A DNA stretch of 64,000 nt from an uncultured Bacteroidales bacterium (GTDB lineage Bacteria > Bacteroidota > Bacteroidia > Bacteroidales > UBA10428): NCBI GenBank assembly GCA_963821135.1, contig CAWGCR010000001.1, forward strand, positions 145,547-209,546. The letters run 5' to 3'. The position numbers and the translations under genes were made by a program. Below the pieces are notes generated by a model that worked only from the letters and a program-made list of their open reading frames with translations, was not told where the DNA came from and ran no database searches. Position 1 is the stretch's first letter; the number at the start of each line of letters is the position of its first letter. Positions 46,672 to 57,138 of the stretch are shown here, piece after piece.

Positions 46672-48969
46672 CTACTCACTAATTCTCGGTTGTGCCCCCA
46701 TTTCAAATATCAATTGCCCACCATTAATTATCGCTTCATGGGCAATCGTTTGACCTATGTGGATTTTCCCGTTCAAGCATATAGACTGGATATAAAAATT
46801 CTCTTCTGAATTATTTTTACTTTCAATAATAAACTCATCCGCCGGGTAATAATCAGGATCCAGTTTTAGTGTTATTTTATCAAATATGGGACTCCCAATC
46901 TGGTATTCTGAACTTCCCGGACAGGCAGGATAAAATCCCATGGCAGAAAAAATATACCAGGCAGATAATGTTCCGCAGTCATCATTGCCGGGTAATCCGC
47001 CCGGACTTGTATTGAAATATTTTTCCATAGCTTTTCTGACCTCTTTTTGTGTTCTCCAGCCTTCTCCTTCAAAATAGTCAAACAAATAGGGGTAAGCCAT
47101 ATCGGGCTCATTAAAAAGCATAAACCTTCCGGGGTAATCGAAACACGACTGAAGTTTATCAACAAAATTTGCATTCCCCATAAGATTTGCTAATCCTTGT
47201 ATGTCATGAGGTACAAAAAAATTGTATTGCCATGCATTTCCTTCTACATAACCAGGGCCTCCACTTTCCCAGTCTCCCGGTAAACTTCCACGTAAAGTAT
47301 CGATACTAAAATTTTCTATAATTGAACCATCCTTGTTCTTGGGAACTAAAAAGCTACTTTTCTCATCGTAAATTATTTTATACCCCATTGATTTTGAATA
47401 AAATCTTTTATAGTCTTCATCTTTCCCAAGAGACTTTGCTAGTTGTGCAATACACCAATCGGCATAATTGTATTCCAGAGTTGTTGCTGTAACTCCCCAG
47501 CATTCTGCAGCTTCTTTATGATCAAAGGGGATATAACCATATTCATTATAAGCACCATTACCTTGTCTGATCAGATTGTTTTCTGTTAAATCTGAGGATT
47601 TTACCATAGCTTCATACGCACTCTGTACATCAAAATCCTGCAATCCTTTTATATAGGTATCGGTAATTACCGGGCAGGATGGATCTCCTACCATAACATT
47701 AGACTCATTCCCTGTTATTTCCCATTTTGGTAAGTATCCACTTGTTTTGTACATATCTACCATTGTTTTAACCATTTCCAGTTGACGGTCAGGATAAAGC
47801 AGCGTTAATAGGGAATGTAAATTCCTGTAGGTATCCCATAAGGAATAAAGTGTATAATAATTCTTTCGGTCCTTCCCCAGTGTTTTTATTTCATTTGATC
47901 CCAAAGCAATATATTCACCGTTTACATCATTAAAAACATTTGGATGTAATAAGGCATGATAAAGAGCTGTGTAAAAAATTTTCTTTTGATCCTCTGTACC
48001 CCCTTCAACCTTTATTTTCGAAAGTTCTTCTTCCCAGGCCATTTTGGCCTTATTTTTCATTTCTTCGAAATCCCAGCCAGGCTGTTCAATATTGAGGTTT
48101 TCCCTGGCATTTTCTATACTGATATATGAAATGCCTGTTTTCATTAATATTGGATCATCCGGCCCGGCTCTAAATCTCGCATAAGAACCTGAGTGTTTAC
48201 CCGACAATGTGTCTTGTTTAGAGTAAACATCCACATTATTATATGTGCCATAGGTATAAAAGGATTTATTAAAACGAGCAACAAAATGAACTTTCTGGAT
48301 TGTTTCTCTATTACAAAAGCACCCGCTCAAGCACCAACCTTCAATTTCTGTGTCAGAAACAATCCTAACCTGTGCATCGGTTGCAGCAATAAGGCTGTGA
48401 TATAAATCAATAAGGATATTTGCAGAATCTGTAGTTTCCTCAAAAACATATTTACTTAATGTCGTTCTTTTTGTTACTGTTGATTCTATTTGAATTGACG
48501 GATCTTTTAGTGATACTCCGTAATAACCCGGAGATGCTATTTCCTCCTTATAACCGGATTTGTTCCTTATAAAATCAGAATAAATCTCTCCGGTTGTTGG
48601 CATTACCAATACATTTCCCAATCCGGGACATCCGGATCCGCTAATTAATACATGACCAAAACCATAAATGAATTCTTCACCAAATTTGTACCCGGTAGGA
48701 AGTTCTGTTAAAACCTCAGACCCACAATAAACATCTGTTTTGTCCATTAAATTTCTTGGCGCAAATGTTACCATTCCCCAGGGTACTAAGGCCCCCGGAT
48801 GTACACTTCCGCTGATGAAATGTGACATCATCCCTTCCGTTTCGCTGGCATTTCCGGTGCCAATAAAGGGATCTACCCAGGAAGTCAGATTCGGGGAGTT
48901 ATCTTTTTCAATGTGATTACAAGCAAATAAGAAATAAGTTAGAAGTATTATGGCGGACAGGTTTCTCAT
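46672..48969 (-). CDS. GH92 alpha-mannosidase (lipoprotein)
   Basis: VDPFIGT, PGALVPWGM, FYTALYH, SLWDTYR, MVGDPS, YVEGNAWQY, NEPD and GNDDCGTLSAWY motifs. Confidence 0.92.
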   Translation of the reverse strand: MRNLSAIILLTYFLFACNHIEKDNSPNLTSWVDPFIGTGNASETEGMMSHFISGSVHPGALVPWGMVTFAPRNLMDKTDVYCGSEVLTELPTGYKFGEEFIYGFGHVLISGSGCPGLGNVLVMPTTGEIYSDFIRNKSGYKEEIASPGYYGVSLKDPSIQIESTVTKRTTLSKYVFEETTDSANILIDLYHSLIAATDAQVRIVSDTEIEGWCLSGCFCNRETIQKVHFVARFNKSFYTYGTYNNVDVYSKQDTLSGKHSGSYARFRAGPDDPILMKTGISYISIENARENLNIEQPGWDFEEMKNKAKMAWEEELSKIKVEGGTEDQKKIFYTALYHALLHPNVFNDVNGEYIALGSNEIKTLGKDRKNYYTLYSLWDTYRNLHSLLTLLYPDRQLEMVKTMVDMYKTSGYLPKWEITGNESNVMVGDPSCPVITDTYIKGLQDFDVQSAYEAMVKSSDLTENNLIRQGNGAYNEYGYIPFDHKEAAECWGVTATTLEYNYADWCIAQLAKSLGKDEDYKRFYSKSMGYKIIYDEKSSFLVPKNKDGSIIENFSIDTLRGSLPGDWESGGPGYVEGNAWQYNFFVPHDIQGLANLMGNANFVDKLQSCFDYPGRFMLFNEPDMAYPYLFDYFEGEGWRTQKEVRKAMEKYFNTSPGGLPGNDDCGTLSAWYIFSAMGFYPACPGSSEYQIGSPIFDKITLKLDPDYYPADEFIIESKNNSEENFYIQSICLNGKIHIGQTIAHEAIINGGQLIFEMGAQPRISE

Positions 48970-48972
48970 ATT

Positions 48973-50535
48973 TTAGTATTGGATTTTATTTTTACCTGTT
49001 TCGATTTGAAAAACTGAAATGCTGTCATTCTTATGTACCTTCAGTTGGAAAGGTTTTTCGGCAGTAACCTCAAGGAAAATTTCATCTGAGGTAAATTCTC
49101 TTCTCTGACAGATCAGGGTTATGGTATTCTCCTCCATGACAATATTTTCGATACCATGTTTATCGGTACGTTGAATATACCAGTTTACTGTATTATTTAT
49201 GGCATCCAACCGAATACCTATTATATTTTCAATAAGCATGGCAGTGGGGCCAATTCCCGTAAATCCTACAAAATCCGGTTTAGCATGATTTCCCTGTGAG
49301 AGCGAATCCGGAGCATAGTTTTCCCATACAGTGTTGGTTTTATTGAATACGGCATACATTCCATCGAGGTATTTTTTAGTGGCCTGATATGCGAATTCAT
49401 CCTTGTTGTATTTTTCAAGACCTTTTATCACCATATAGTTTACCAATGACCATACGCCCCCAATCCAGTAGTTTCCCATGGGATCGTAGAAATGGTGATC
49501 GGCAGACAAAGTAGGGAAGGGTATGGTTCTCCAAAAAGTTGTACTATCCATTAAATTTTCTGTTAGCTTATCAGCTTGTTCAGAGGAACAAATACCAGCC
49601 AGCATAGGCCAAAATGATGCTATGGTTTTTATCTTTACCTGATTCCCCTGATCATCAACATCGTAGTACATGCCATCCTTGTGGTTCCACAACCAAAAAT
49701 TTATTTTCTCGGACACCTCGTTTGATTTGTGGGCATATTTATTTGCCTTTTCAATTTGACCTGTTTTTTCGCATATTTTAGACATATAGTGGTAATAAAG
49801 AGTCATTTGTGATGACATACAGATCCAGCCTGAGCCCGAGCGCGGAACATTGTCCATGCCGCTTCCTAAAGGAGAATTCCAGTAGAGATCGTGAGCAGTA
49901 CCCGATTTATGGCGACCTATATTGATCCATTCGGCATATTTTTCCAGGGCGGGAAGAATGGTAGCAAATCTTGAATAATCGCCTGTAATTTTATAGTATT
50001 CCCATTCAACCCAGGGATATAAAGGAGGATTGCAGGAATTGTATTTCCCTTCATAATAGTATTCACCTCCATCAATTTCACTGATTTCTCGACAGATATA
50101 TCCATTGGGATGTTGAAAACGATAAAAATTATCGTGTGATTGAATAGAAGGAAAAACGTGATGCAGGTATTTCCAAAAAAGAATCATAAAATGAGTATCC
50201 CATTGATACACATAATCACTAAAGGCTTCATCAATAAAGTCAGCAACCAGAGGAGATCCTTCCGGTGGTTTTTTGAGTTTCTTAAATGCTTCTTCCCAGC
50301 AAAACCAGTACATATCTATCCAGTCTTTATTATCCTCAAGTATTGGTACTGGAATTTGCGACTTGCTGCCTTCGAATGTTGGTAATGGAACGTTTCTACT
50401 CACATATTCTGATATCGGGAAATAGAGCCCCCTGTTTTCAGGTAAATCTCTCCCTATTTCAAATTCTTTTTGCGCTTGTGAATACAATATTGAAATGCTT
50501 AAGATGAATGTGAAAACCCACTTTCTATTCCTCAT
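48973..50535 (-). CDS. MGH1-like / GH63-related (alpha/alpha)6 glycoside hydrolase
   Basis: DEAFSDYVYQWDTHF, NPPLYPWVEW, GSGMDN, YWIGGVW and VWENY motifs; signal peptide. Confidence 0.75.
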   Translation of the reverse strand: MRNRKWVFTFILSISILYSQAQKEFEIGRDLPENRGLYFPISEYVSRNVPLPTFEGSKSQIPVPILEDNKDWIDMYWFCWEEAFKKLKKPPEGSPLVADFIDEAFSDYVYQWDTHFMILFWKYLHHVFPSIQSHDNFYRFQHPNGYICREISEIDGGEYYYEGKYNSCNPPLYPWVEWEYYKITGDYSRFATILPALEKYAEWINIGRHKSGTAHDLYWNSPLGSGMDNVPRSGSGWICMSSQMTLYYHYMSKICEKTGQIEKANKYAHKSNEVSEKINFWLWNHKDGMYYDVDDQGNQVKIKTIASFWPMLAGICSSEQADKLTENLMDSTTFWRTIPFPTLSADHHFYDPMGNYWIGGVWSLVNYMVIKGLEKYNKDEFAYQATKKYLDGMYAVFNKTNTVWENYAPDSLSQGNHAKPDFVGFTGIGPTAMLIENIIGIRLDAINNTVNWYIQRTDKHGIENIVMEENTITLICQRREFTSDEIFLEVTAEKPFQLKVHKNDSISVFQIETGKNKIQY

Positions 50536-50617
50536 ATTATTGATTATTAGCAGTTAATATGTGTTTTTAGCTATTGTATTCAGAAATACTGAGTTGATGT
50601 TTCAAATGGTTTAACTA

Positions 50618-50649
50618 ATTAATAACAGGACAATAATACTTTACCCTAC
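50618..50649 (-). promoter_or_regulatory. Putative ECF-sigma promoter, copy C
   Basis: Minus strand GTAGGGTA-AAGTATTATTGTC-CTGTTATTAAT, upstream of ATG 50535. Confidence 0.75.
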
Positions 50650-50773
50650 CTTTTGTAGCAGGGTATCACTGATTTACTTGAAGAGGATCTGATTATTTAG
50701 TTGTGCTGCTGAGTTTATTGGCGGGAAAACAATAGAAACTATATTTCAAGGGCGAAGAACAAAATTAGTTCTA

Positions 50774-52333
50774 CTAATTTGCCGCATTTGGTTTTAAATT
50801 GGGATTGGTATCCAAATCACCCTGAAAGAAGGGTAAAATTTCACTTACCCCGACACGAAAACCTGGAGCTGTAATTATCTCAGAAGCAATTCCCCATCGA
50901 ACAATATCATCCCATCTATGTGATTCTCCGGCAAATTCAACAAATCGTTCATGACGTAATGCGGTGGTAAGATCAGAAATTCGAATACCGTTAATAACCG
51001 GGGCCTGAGTTATTAACTCCTCTACACTTGGTACTGAACCTCCTTCAGGAAATTCATCAGTTGGCTGGTTGGCTCTTGTCCTTACCATATTAATATATTG
51101 AGCAGGATCACCTGTACCTAATTCAATGAGTGCTTCTGCGTACATAAGAAGAACATCGGCATAACGCATAACTCTTATATTAATATCCGAATCGGTGGTT
51201 TCACCAGATACATCATCACTGTATTTTCTCCAGCCATATTGTCCTGTATCATATAATTCTTCATATGATTTCCATATTCCATCTTCATTTTGATACAAAG
51301 CTCCATTTGGAACATAACAAGAATAATATTTTCTTAAGTCACCTTCTTCAAATTCATCTACTGTCTTTTGTGTTGGCATAGCATTCCACCATTGAATAAT
51401 ACTGGTCATTCCCCTCTCACGGTTATGAGATTCTCCTCCCCATGAATAATCCCCTCCATACCCCCAGACACTACCATACCCAATTGAAAATTGAATCTCA
51501 AAAATTGATTCTTCATTGTTTTCTCTAAATGAAGTGTGATTGTCTCGATAGTTACTACAAAGGGAATAGGTACCATATTCTTTATCAATAATTCTTTTTA
51601 ACACTGTAGCAGCTTTTTCCCATTCTCTACGAAACAAATACACCTTTCCCAGATATGCAGCAGCGGCTCCTTTGGTTGCCCTTCCAAGGTCAATTGTGTC
51701 GAGTTCCTCTTTATAGAATAACAGTTTTTCAGCTTCCTGAAGATCTTCAATTATTTGATCGTAAACTTCCCCTTCGCTTGCGTTAAAAGGGAAATAATCA
51801 CCTGAATTAGCAGGGGGTTCAAGAATTAACGGTATTTCTTCTCCAAATAGTAATACGAGGTGGAAATAATAAAATGCACGCAAAAACCTGGCTTCGCCTA
51901 TAAGTCTGTTTTTAAGTTGTTGGTCCTCAAATTCAATTGCCGGAATTTCCTGAATTGCCAGATTGGATTTCCAGACTCCGTTCCACATGTCTCTCCAATG
52001 CACTTCAACTGTTAAATTATCTCCGTTTGCCGAAAACGATTCTATTGGAATTAATTCACTTGCACCAACGGCTTTACTTGTTAGCTGTGCTTCGTCAGAA
52101 CGAATGGTTTGTGTAAAAGCAAAATAATATCCGTGAAAACCTTCTCTCTGTATCGCCGAATAGGCTGCATTTACAGAAACTAATGCATCTTCCTCGGTTT
52201 GGTAAAAAGAGGTTGCTAGCATTGAATTTGGATTACTCATTTCGAGTAAATCTTTATCACAAGATACTATAAGTAAAAGACCTAGAAGAATTTTACCCCA
52301 TAACGAAACTGAATAAAAATTTATATTTTGCAT
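50774..52333 (-). CDS. SusD/RagB family lipoprotein
   Basis: Lipobox IVSC; GEARFLRAFYYF, GRATKGAA, MRYADVLLMYAEA, ERFVEFAGESHRWDDIVRW and NPNL motifs. Confidence 0.92.
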   Translation of the reverse strand: MQNINFYSVSLWGKILLGLLLIVSCDKDLLEMSNPNSMLATSFYQTEEDALVSVNAAYSAIQREGFHGYYFAFTQTIRSDEAQLTSKAVGASELIPIESFSANGDNLTVEVHWRDMWNGVWKSNLAIQEIPAIEFEDQQLKNRLIGEARFLRAFYYFHLVLLFGEEIPLILEPPANSGDYFPFNASEGEVYDQIIEDLQEAEKLLFYKEELDTIDLGRATKGAAAAYLGKVYLFRREWEKAATVLKRIIDKEYGTYSLCSNYRDNHTSFRENNEESIFEIQFSIGYGSVWGYGGDYSWGGESHNRERGMTSIIQWWNAMPTQKTVDEFEEGDLRKYYSCYVPNGALYQNEDGIWKSYEELYDTGQYGWRKYSDDVSGETTDSDINIRVMRYADVLLMYAEALIELGTGDPAQYINMVRTRANQPTDEFPEGGSVPSVEELITQAPVINGIRISDLTTALRHERFVEFAGESHRWDDIVRWGIASEIITAPGFRVGVSEILPFFQGDLDTNPNLKPNAAN

Positions 52334-52355
52334 CCGTGACGTAAATTTCAATTCC

Positions 52356-55300
52356 CTAGAATTTAATTTGTAGCCCTACCAGAATGGTACTGCATTGAGG
52401 ATAATATCCGTAATCAATACCTTTTGCCAGATTTGCCCTCTGCAAACCTCTCTCTCCCTGTCCAAAAGCATAGGATCCTATTTCCGGATCCCATCCGGGA
52501 TATTTTGTGATAGTCAGCAGGTTTTGTCCTTGAATATATAATCGTAGATTAGAAATACTTAGCTTATTTAAGAATTTAGAATGTATGGAATATCCAATTG
52601 TAATATTTTTTAACCGGGAATATGAGCCATCTTTAATATACCTGTCAGAAATAGCCAGGTTGTTATTTGGATCCCCTGCAATTGGTCTTGGAATATTGGT
52701 ATTGGTATTTGTCGGAGTCCAGTGGTTTAATGCTGAAATTCCGGCATTTGAATTACTGTGAATTCCTTCAATCCATTTATTAGTAGCCATGAATATCTTA
52801 TTCCCATAAACTCCATAAAGATGTATGTAAAGATCAAAACCTCTATAATTTGCATTAAAACTTAGGCCATAGGTCATTTTTGGAAAAGGATTACCAATAT
52901 AATCTTTGTCCTCTTCGCTTAATAAGCCATCGTCATTTAAATCTTTAAACCGTATGTCTCCAGGTTCTGCATTTGGCGCAAACTGGTTGTATATCTGATT
53001 TCCGTTCTCATCCATGATATATTTATTCATGGCAAGTATCTCCGTTTCCGAATTATAAATTCCATCGGTGATATATCCATAAAATTGCCCAACAGGATAT
53101 CCCACTGCGGTGCGGGTAACATGACTACCATCAAAGTTACCTCCCCATATTGGATCATCAACAGCTCCTAACTTGGTGATTTCATTCTTTGAGGTAGCAA
53201 TATAGAAACTAATGGAATAATTGAAATTTTCATTCCTATTATTAAACATACCGGAAAATTCAAAACCTTGACTTCTTAGGCTACCTGCATTGGTAAAGGG
53301 AGGTGGAATGGCATTTCCGGTTGTATATGGAATGGGCACCTGAATCAGCATGTCATCGGTATTTTTCACATAATAATCCGCCGTAACCTGCAACCGATTT
53401 TTAAACATATATAAATCAAGTCCTAAATCCATCTGTTTTGTTGTTTCCCATTTTATTTCTTCATTACCAAAGTAAGAAGGGACAACCCCTGTAACTCTTT
53501 CCTGATCGGGGCCTAATACGTATCCCGCATAAAAGTTTAATCCTGTTTCATATTGATAGTCTCCAATTTCCTGATTGCCTATCAAACCGTAACTGCCTCT
53601 TATTTTAAGATTATTAATTACCGGGCGGGCATTAAAAAAATTTTCTTCACTAATTCTCCAGGCAGCCGAAATAGAGGGAAAGGTACTCCATCTATTGTCA
53701 CTACTGAATTTTGATGATCCGTCTCTTCTGATATTTGCTGTTAGTAAATATTTATCGGCAAAAACATAATTTATTCTTCCAAGGAATGATCTTATCGCAA
53801 ATTCACTCCAGTTTCCTAAGGTTTCTTTATTATGAGATCCGGCATCCAGACTTCGGATTTTATCGTCGGGGTATCCTGAATTTGCTGCAGAAAAATAATC
53901 TCTCCTTGAGTATTGTTCAGTATATCCAAATAAAAACACAAAATCGTGTTTACCCCATTTTTTTGAATAGCTCAAGATATTTTCAAAGAGTGAAGTAATT
54001 CTTTCATGCTGATAAACTGCCAGGTCCGCATCCAGATTGATATTATAATCCCCCATGGTATATTTAGAAGAATACTTTGTGTTTTTTAAGCTGATATAAT
54101 CAAGCCCTAAATTCAGTTTATAGTTTAATCCTTTGATGATTTCAAATTGACCAAAAAAATTTGCCAGTAAAGAGTAGGTATTAAGGTTATCTTCCAGGAG
54201 ATTGGCAGCTCCAACAGGATTTCCATAGTCTTGTGCGTGAATTTCTACGGTTGGGCCGGCATAACCTCCTATGGCGTCTTCATCGTATATAGCTAATCCG
54301 GGAGTTTGACGTATAGCATCAATTAATATGGAATTTCCATTGAACATTTTTTCACTGGCCTTATATGAACGGGTAAATCCTACAGATTCTCCAAATTTAA
54401 ACCGCTTTGTTTTCAACTCTGAATTAATCCTGAAATTATATTTTTCGTAGCCTGTTCCAATTATAGTGCCCTGTTGGTTAAAGTAATTTCCCGAGACATT
54501 GAACACTATGTTCTCCTTCCCACCTGAAATTGAGAGTGAATGATTTTGAATGGGGGCCGTTCTGAAGATTTCATTCTGCCAATCAGTGTCATAGGGCATG
54601 TTGTCGGGATCGGCAGATATTGGAATTAATCTTGCCCCTTCAATTCCCGAATTGATGGCATTTTGATTTATTTCATTGTTTAAAATTGCATACTGCCTTG
54701 CATCTAATAGATCTAATTTTTTGGGAATGGACTGTACACCAAAATATCCATCATAGCTCACTATAGTTTTGCCCGGATTACCTTTTTTTGTTGTAATCAT
54801 TATCACCCCGTTTGCACCTCTGGCTCCATATATGGCACATGCCGCAGCATCCTTAAACACTTCAACAGATTCAATATCAAGAGGATTAACGGTGTTTATA
54901 TTACTAACAGAAGGTTTATCAAAGTCAAAACTGGTTTCAACAATTGGAACGCCATCAATTACAAAAAGTGGGTTGGTACTGTTTATTGTCCCAATCCCTC
55001 GTATCAATATTATTGCTCCTTCTCCCGGCCCACCACGGTTTGAAACAACCTCAATTCCGGGGGATAATCCTTGAATTGATTGATGAAAGGTAGCTACAGC
55101 TGATTTATTTATTTCAACTGAAGAAATGCTTGCAATTGATGAGGTAAGGTCAGCTTTTTTTCGACTTCCATATCCAACAACTACAACCTGCTCAAGTGAT
55201 TCAATGTGCTCTTTCAATTCGATGGATAATTCGGATTTTCCGTCTATTGGAACAGTTCTTGAAACAAATCCAATAGCTGAAAATTTTATTATTGAATTAC

Positions 55301-55835
55301 TGGTCATTGCTGCCAGCGAAAAATTACCATTTATATCTGAAATTGTACCATTCTCGGTTCCTTCTTCAATAATATTTACGCCCGGAATTGGCATTCCATT
55401 TTCACCTGAGAGTACTATTCCTGATACAATAAAAGTTTCAGATTTGGAATCATCTTCACCATTATCCGAAATGGCGGCTAAAAGAATGTGATTACCCGAA
55501 ACTTTATAGTATACATTCGTCTTTTCAAAAAGCAACTCGAGTATTCTTTCAATAGTACCATTATTTACTTTTATTGTCACTTTCCGCGACAAATCAATTT
55601 CAGTATTATCGAATGCAAATGTGTAGTGAGTTTTATTTTCAATTTCTGAAAATACTTCTGCAACTGAAATATTGTGCAGGTTTAAAGATATAATCTCTTG
55701 TTGTGAACAGATTTTGTCTGGTGTAGCAAATAAAATAAAAAACAGGATAAACCTCCAAAATGGCAATAGGATATCAGATCTCCTATTCGGATAATGATTA
55801 TCAATATGGACGGGATTTACAGCACTTGTATTCAT
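52356..55835 (-). CDS. SusC/RagA TonB-dependent transducer with an N-terminal STN signalling domain
   Basis: ISLNLHNISVAEVFSEIENKTHYTF...TIERILELLF (STN), VVVVGYG, KDAAACAIYGARGANGV, RRDGSSKF and GWDPEIG motifs; directly downstream of fecR. Confidence 0.95.
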   Translation of the reverse strand: MNTSAVNPVHIDNHYPNRRSDILLPFWRFILFFILFATPDKICSQQEIISLNLHNISVAEVFSEIENKTHYTFAFDNTEIDLSRKVTIKVNNGTIERILELLFEKTNVYYKVSGNHILLAAISDNGEDDSKSETFIVSGIVLSGENGMPIPGVNIIEEGTENGTISDINGNFSLAAMTSNSIIKFSAIGFVSRTVPIDGKSELSIELKEHIESLEQVVVVGYGSRKKADLTSSIASISSVEINKSAVATFHQSIQGLSPGIEVVSNRGGPGEGAIILIRGIGTINSTNPLFVIDGVPIVETSFDFDKPSVSNINTVNPLDIESVEVFKDAAACAIYGARGANGVIMITTKKGNPGKTIVSYDGYFGVQSIPKKLDLLDARQYAILNNEINQNAINSGIEGARLIPISADPDNMPYDTDWQNEIFRTAPIQNHSLSISGGKENIVFNVSGNYFNQQGTIIGTGYEKYNFRINSELKTKRFKFGESVGFTRSYKASEKMFNGNSILIDAIRQTPGLAIYDEDAIGGYAGPTVEIHAQDYGNPVGAANLLEDNLNTYSLLANFFGQFEIIKGLNYKLNLGLDYISLKNTKYSSKYTMGDYNINLDADLAVYQHERITSLFENILSYSKKWGKHDFVFLFGYTEQYSRRDYFSAANSGYPDDKIRSLDAGSHNKETLGNWSEFAIRSFLGRINYVFADKYLLTANIRRDGSSKFSSDNRWSTFPSISAAWRISEENFFNARPVINNLKIRGSYGLIGNQEIGDYQYETGLNFYAGYVLGPDQERVTGVVPSYFGNEEIKWETTKQMDLGLDLYMFKNRLQVTADYYVKNTDDMLIQVPIPYTTGNAIPPPFTNAGSLRSQGFEFSGMFNNRNENFNYSISFYIATSKNEITKLGAVDDPIWGGNFDGSHVTRTAVGYPVGQFYGYITDGIYNSETEILAMNKYIMDENGNQIYNQFAPNAEPGDIRFKDLNDDGLLSEEDKDYIGNPFPKMTYGLSFNANYRGFDLYIHLYGVYGNKIFMATNKWIEGIHSNSNAGISALNHWTPTNTNTNIPRPIAGDPNNNLAISDRYIKDGSYSRLKNITIGYSIHSKFLNKLSISNLRLYIQGQNLLTITKYPGWDPEIGSYAFGQGERGLQRANLAKGIDYGYYPQCSTILVGLQIKF

Positions 55836-55997
55836 GAAATGATGAACTATATGTTACAAAGGCTGGTTGAAAAAGGTAAGTAAGACAAATTCCTAAATAC
55901 CTAAAAACATAAAGCTCTATGGGACCTAAAAGTAACAAAAAAATCTACATACCAAGAATTCAGGTATAAAATGGAGCTTGCATGATTGAATAGAGCA

Positions 55998-57038
55998 TCA
56001 TTCATCCCTTACTTCATCCAGGATAATCGTACTGCCAATAACGGAATAATTAAATTTCCCGGGAATTTTTAAAACATCTAAAACTTCAATTAAAGATTCA
56101 TCATTTAAAAATTTCGCGGTTATTCTTGTTTCACTGAATAAATTCTCATTGTATTCTAATTTCACATTGTACCAACGCTCAAGCCTTGTAATAACTTCAG
56201 AGAATTTCAAATTATTAAAAATTATATTATTATTTGTCCAGGATGTATATAGATTCACATCTACATATGACAATTCAATTTCTTTGGTTTCTTTAAAAAA
56301 AGTTGCTTTTTGATTTGGCTCTAAAATTTTTAATATATTGTTCTCTGCTTGTAAGCCGCTAATTTGTACTTCACCCGATACCAGCGTTGTTACAATATAG
56401 CTGTCTTCGGTATAGGAACAGATGTTAAAACTTGTTCCCAGAACCTGAACCAAAAGATCAGATGTCTCAATTATAAAAGGTTTTCGCTTGTTTTTAGCGA
56501 CCTCAAAATAGGCTTCTCCGGTCAGGAATACTTTTCTTTCTTTTCCCATAAATTTTTCAGGATACAAAAGTTTGGATTCCGAGTTTAGCCAGACTTTTGT
56601 ACCATCCGATAATTCCAAGGTTTCTTTTTTACCGGATGTAACTACCAATTCAGAAAGGCCAATATTCTTTTTGTTGATAATATTTTGCCGGAGAACCAGA
56701 ACAGATGCGACGGATCCAATTAGAATTAAAATTGCAACTGCCCATCTGAAAAAAGAATTAAATAGATACCTTGTTTTTTTGTCAGATAATTGATGATTCG
56801 TATTTTCTTCTTCCCACTCAATATTCTTCTCAAAGTCTCTCCAGGCAATATCTGCCTTATCTGAACTTAAATTAGATACTTTGCTGGCAAACCACACATC
56901 TTTGTAACGAATAAAAGTATTTTTATTCTCCTCACTCTCCTTAACCCAATTGGTTAAATTCTGGGCTTCTTTAGCGCTCAACTCACCATTTAAATACTTA
57001 GTAATCAAATCCATATTAAACTCTTCATTCACCATCAT
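55998..57038 (-). CDS. FecR family anti-sigma factor
   Basis: LITKYLNGELS, one TM helix, LSDGTKVWLNSES.L.YP, LTGEAYFEVAKN and VLGTSFN motifs. ATG start preferred because the TTG at 57053 overlaps the promoter. Confidence 0.92.
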   Translation of the reverse strand: MMVNEEFNMDLITKYLNGELSAKEAQNLTNWVKESEENKNTFIRYKDVWFASKVSNLSSDKADIAWRDFEKNIEWEEENTNHQLSDKKTRYLFNSFFRWAVAILILIGSVASVLVLRQNIINKKNIGLSELVVTSGKKETLELSDGTKVWLNSESKLLYPEKFMGKERKVFLTGEAYFEVAKNKRKPFIIETSDLLVQVLGTSFNICSYTEDSYIVTTLVSGEVQISGLQAENNILKILEPNQKATFFKETKEIELSYVDVNLYTSWTNNNIIFNNLKFSEVITRLERWYNVKLEYNENLFSETRITAKFLNDESLIEVLDVLKIPGKFNYSVIGSTIILDEVRDE

Positions 57039-57052
57039 ATTTTCCTTTCTCA

Positions 57053-57085
57053 ATTAAAAAACAGGATAAAAGGATTTTACCCTAC
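57053..57085 (-). promoter_or_regulatory. Putative ECF-sigma promoter, copy D
   Basis: Minus strand GTAGGGTA-AAATCCTTTTATC-CTGTTTTTTAAT, between the sigma and fecR genes. Confidence 0.78.
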
Positions 57086-57138
57086 CAATAACAAACTTTT
57101 ATATATAAAACGCTCATTTCTAATGATACCAACATCAG

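Noticed and set aside
28619-55835. Invertible susC shufflon
   Set aside because: Both susC genes and their shared 32-mer are in direct orientation, and no recombinase is nearby.
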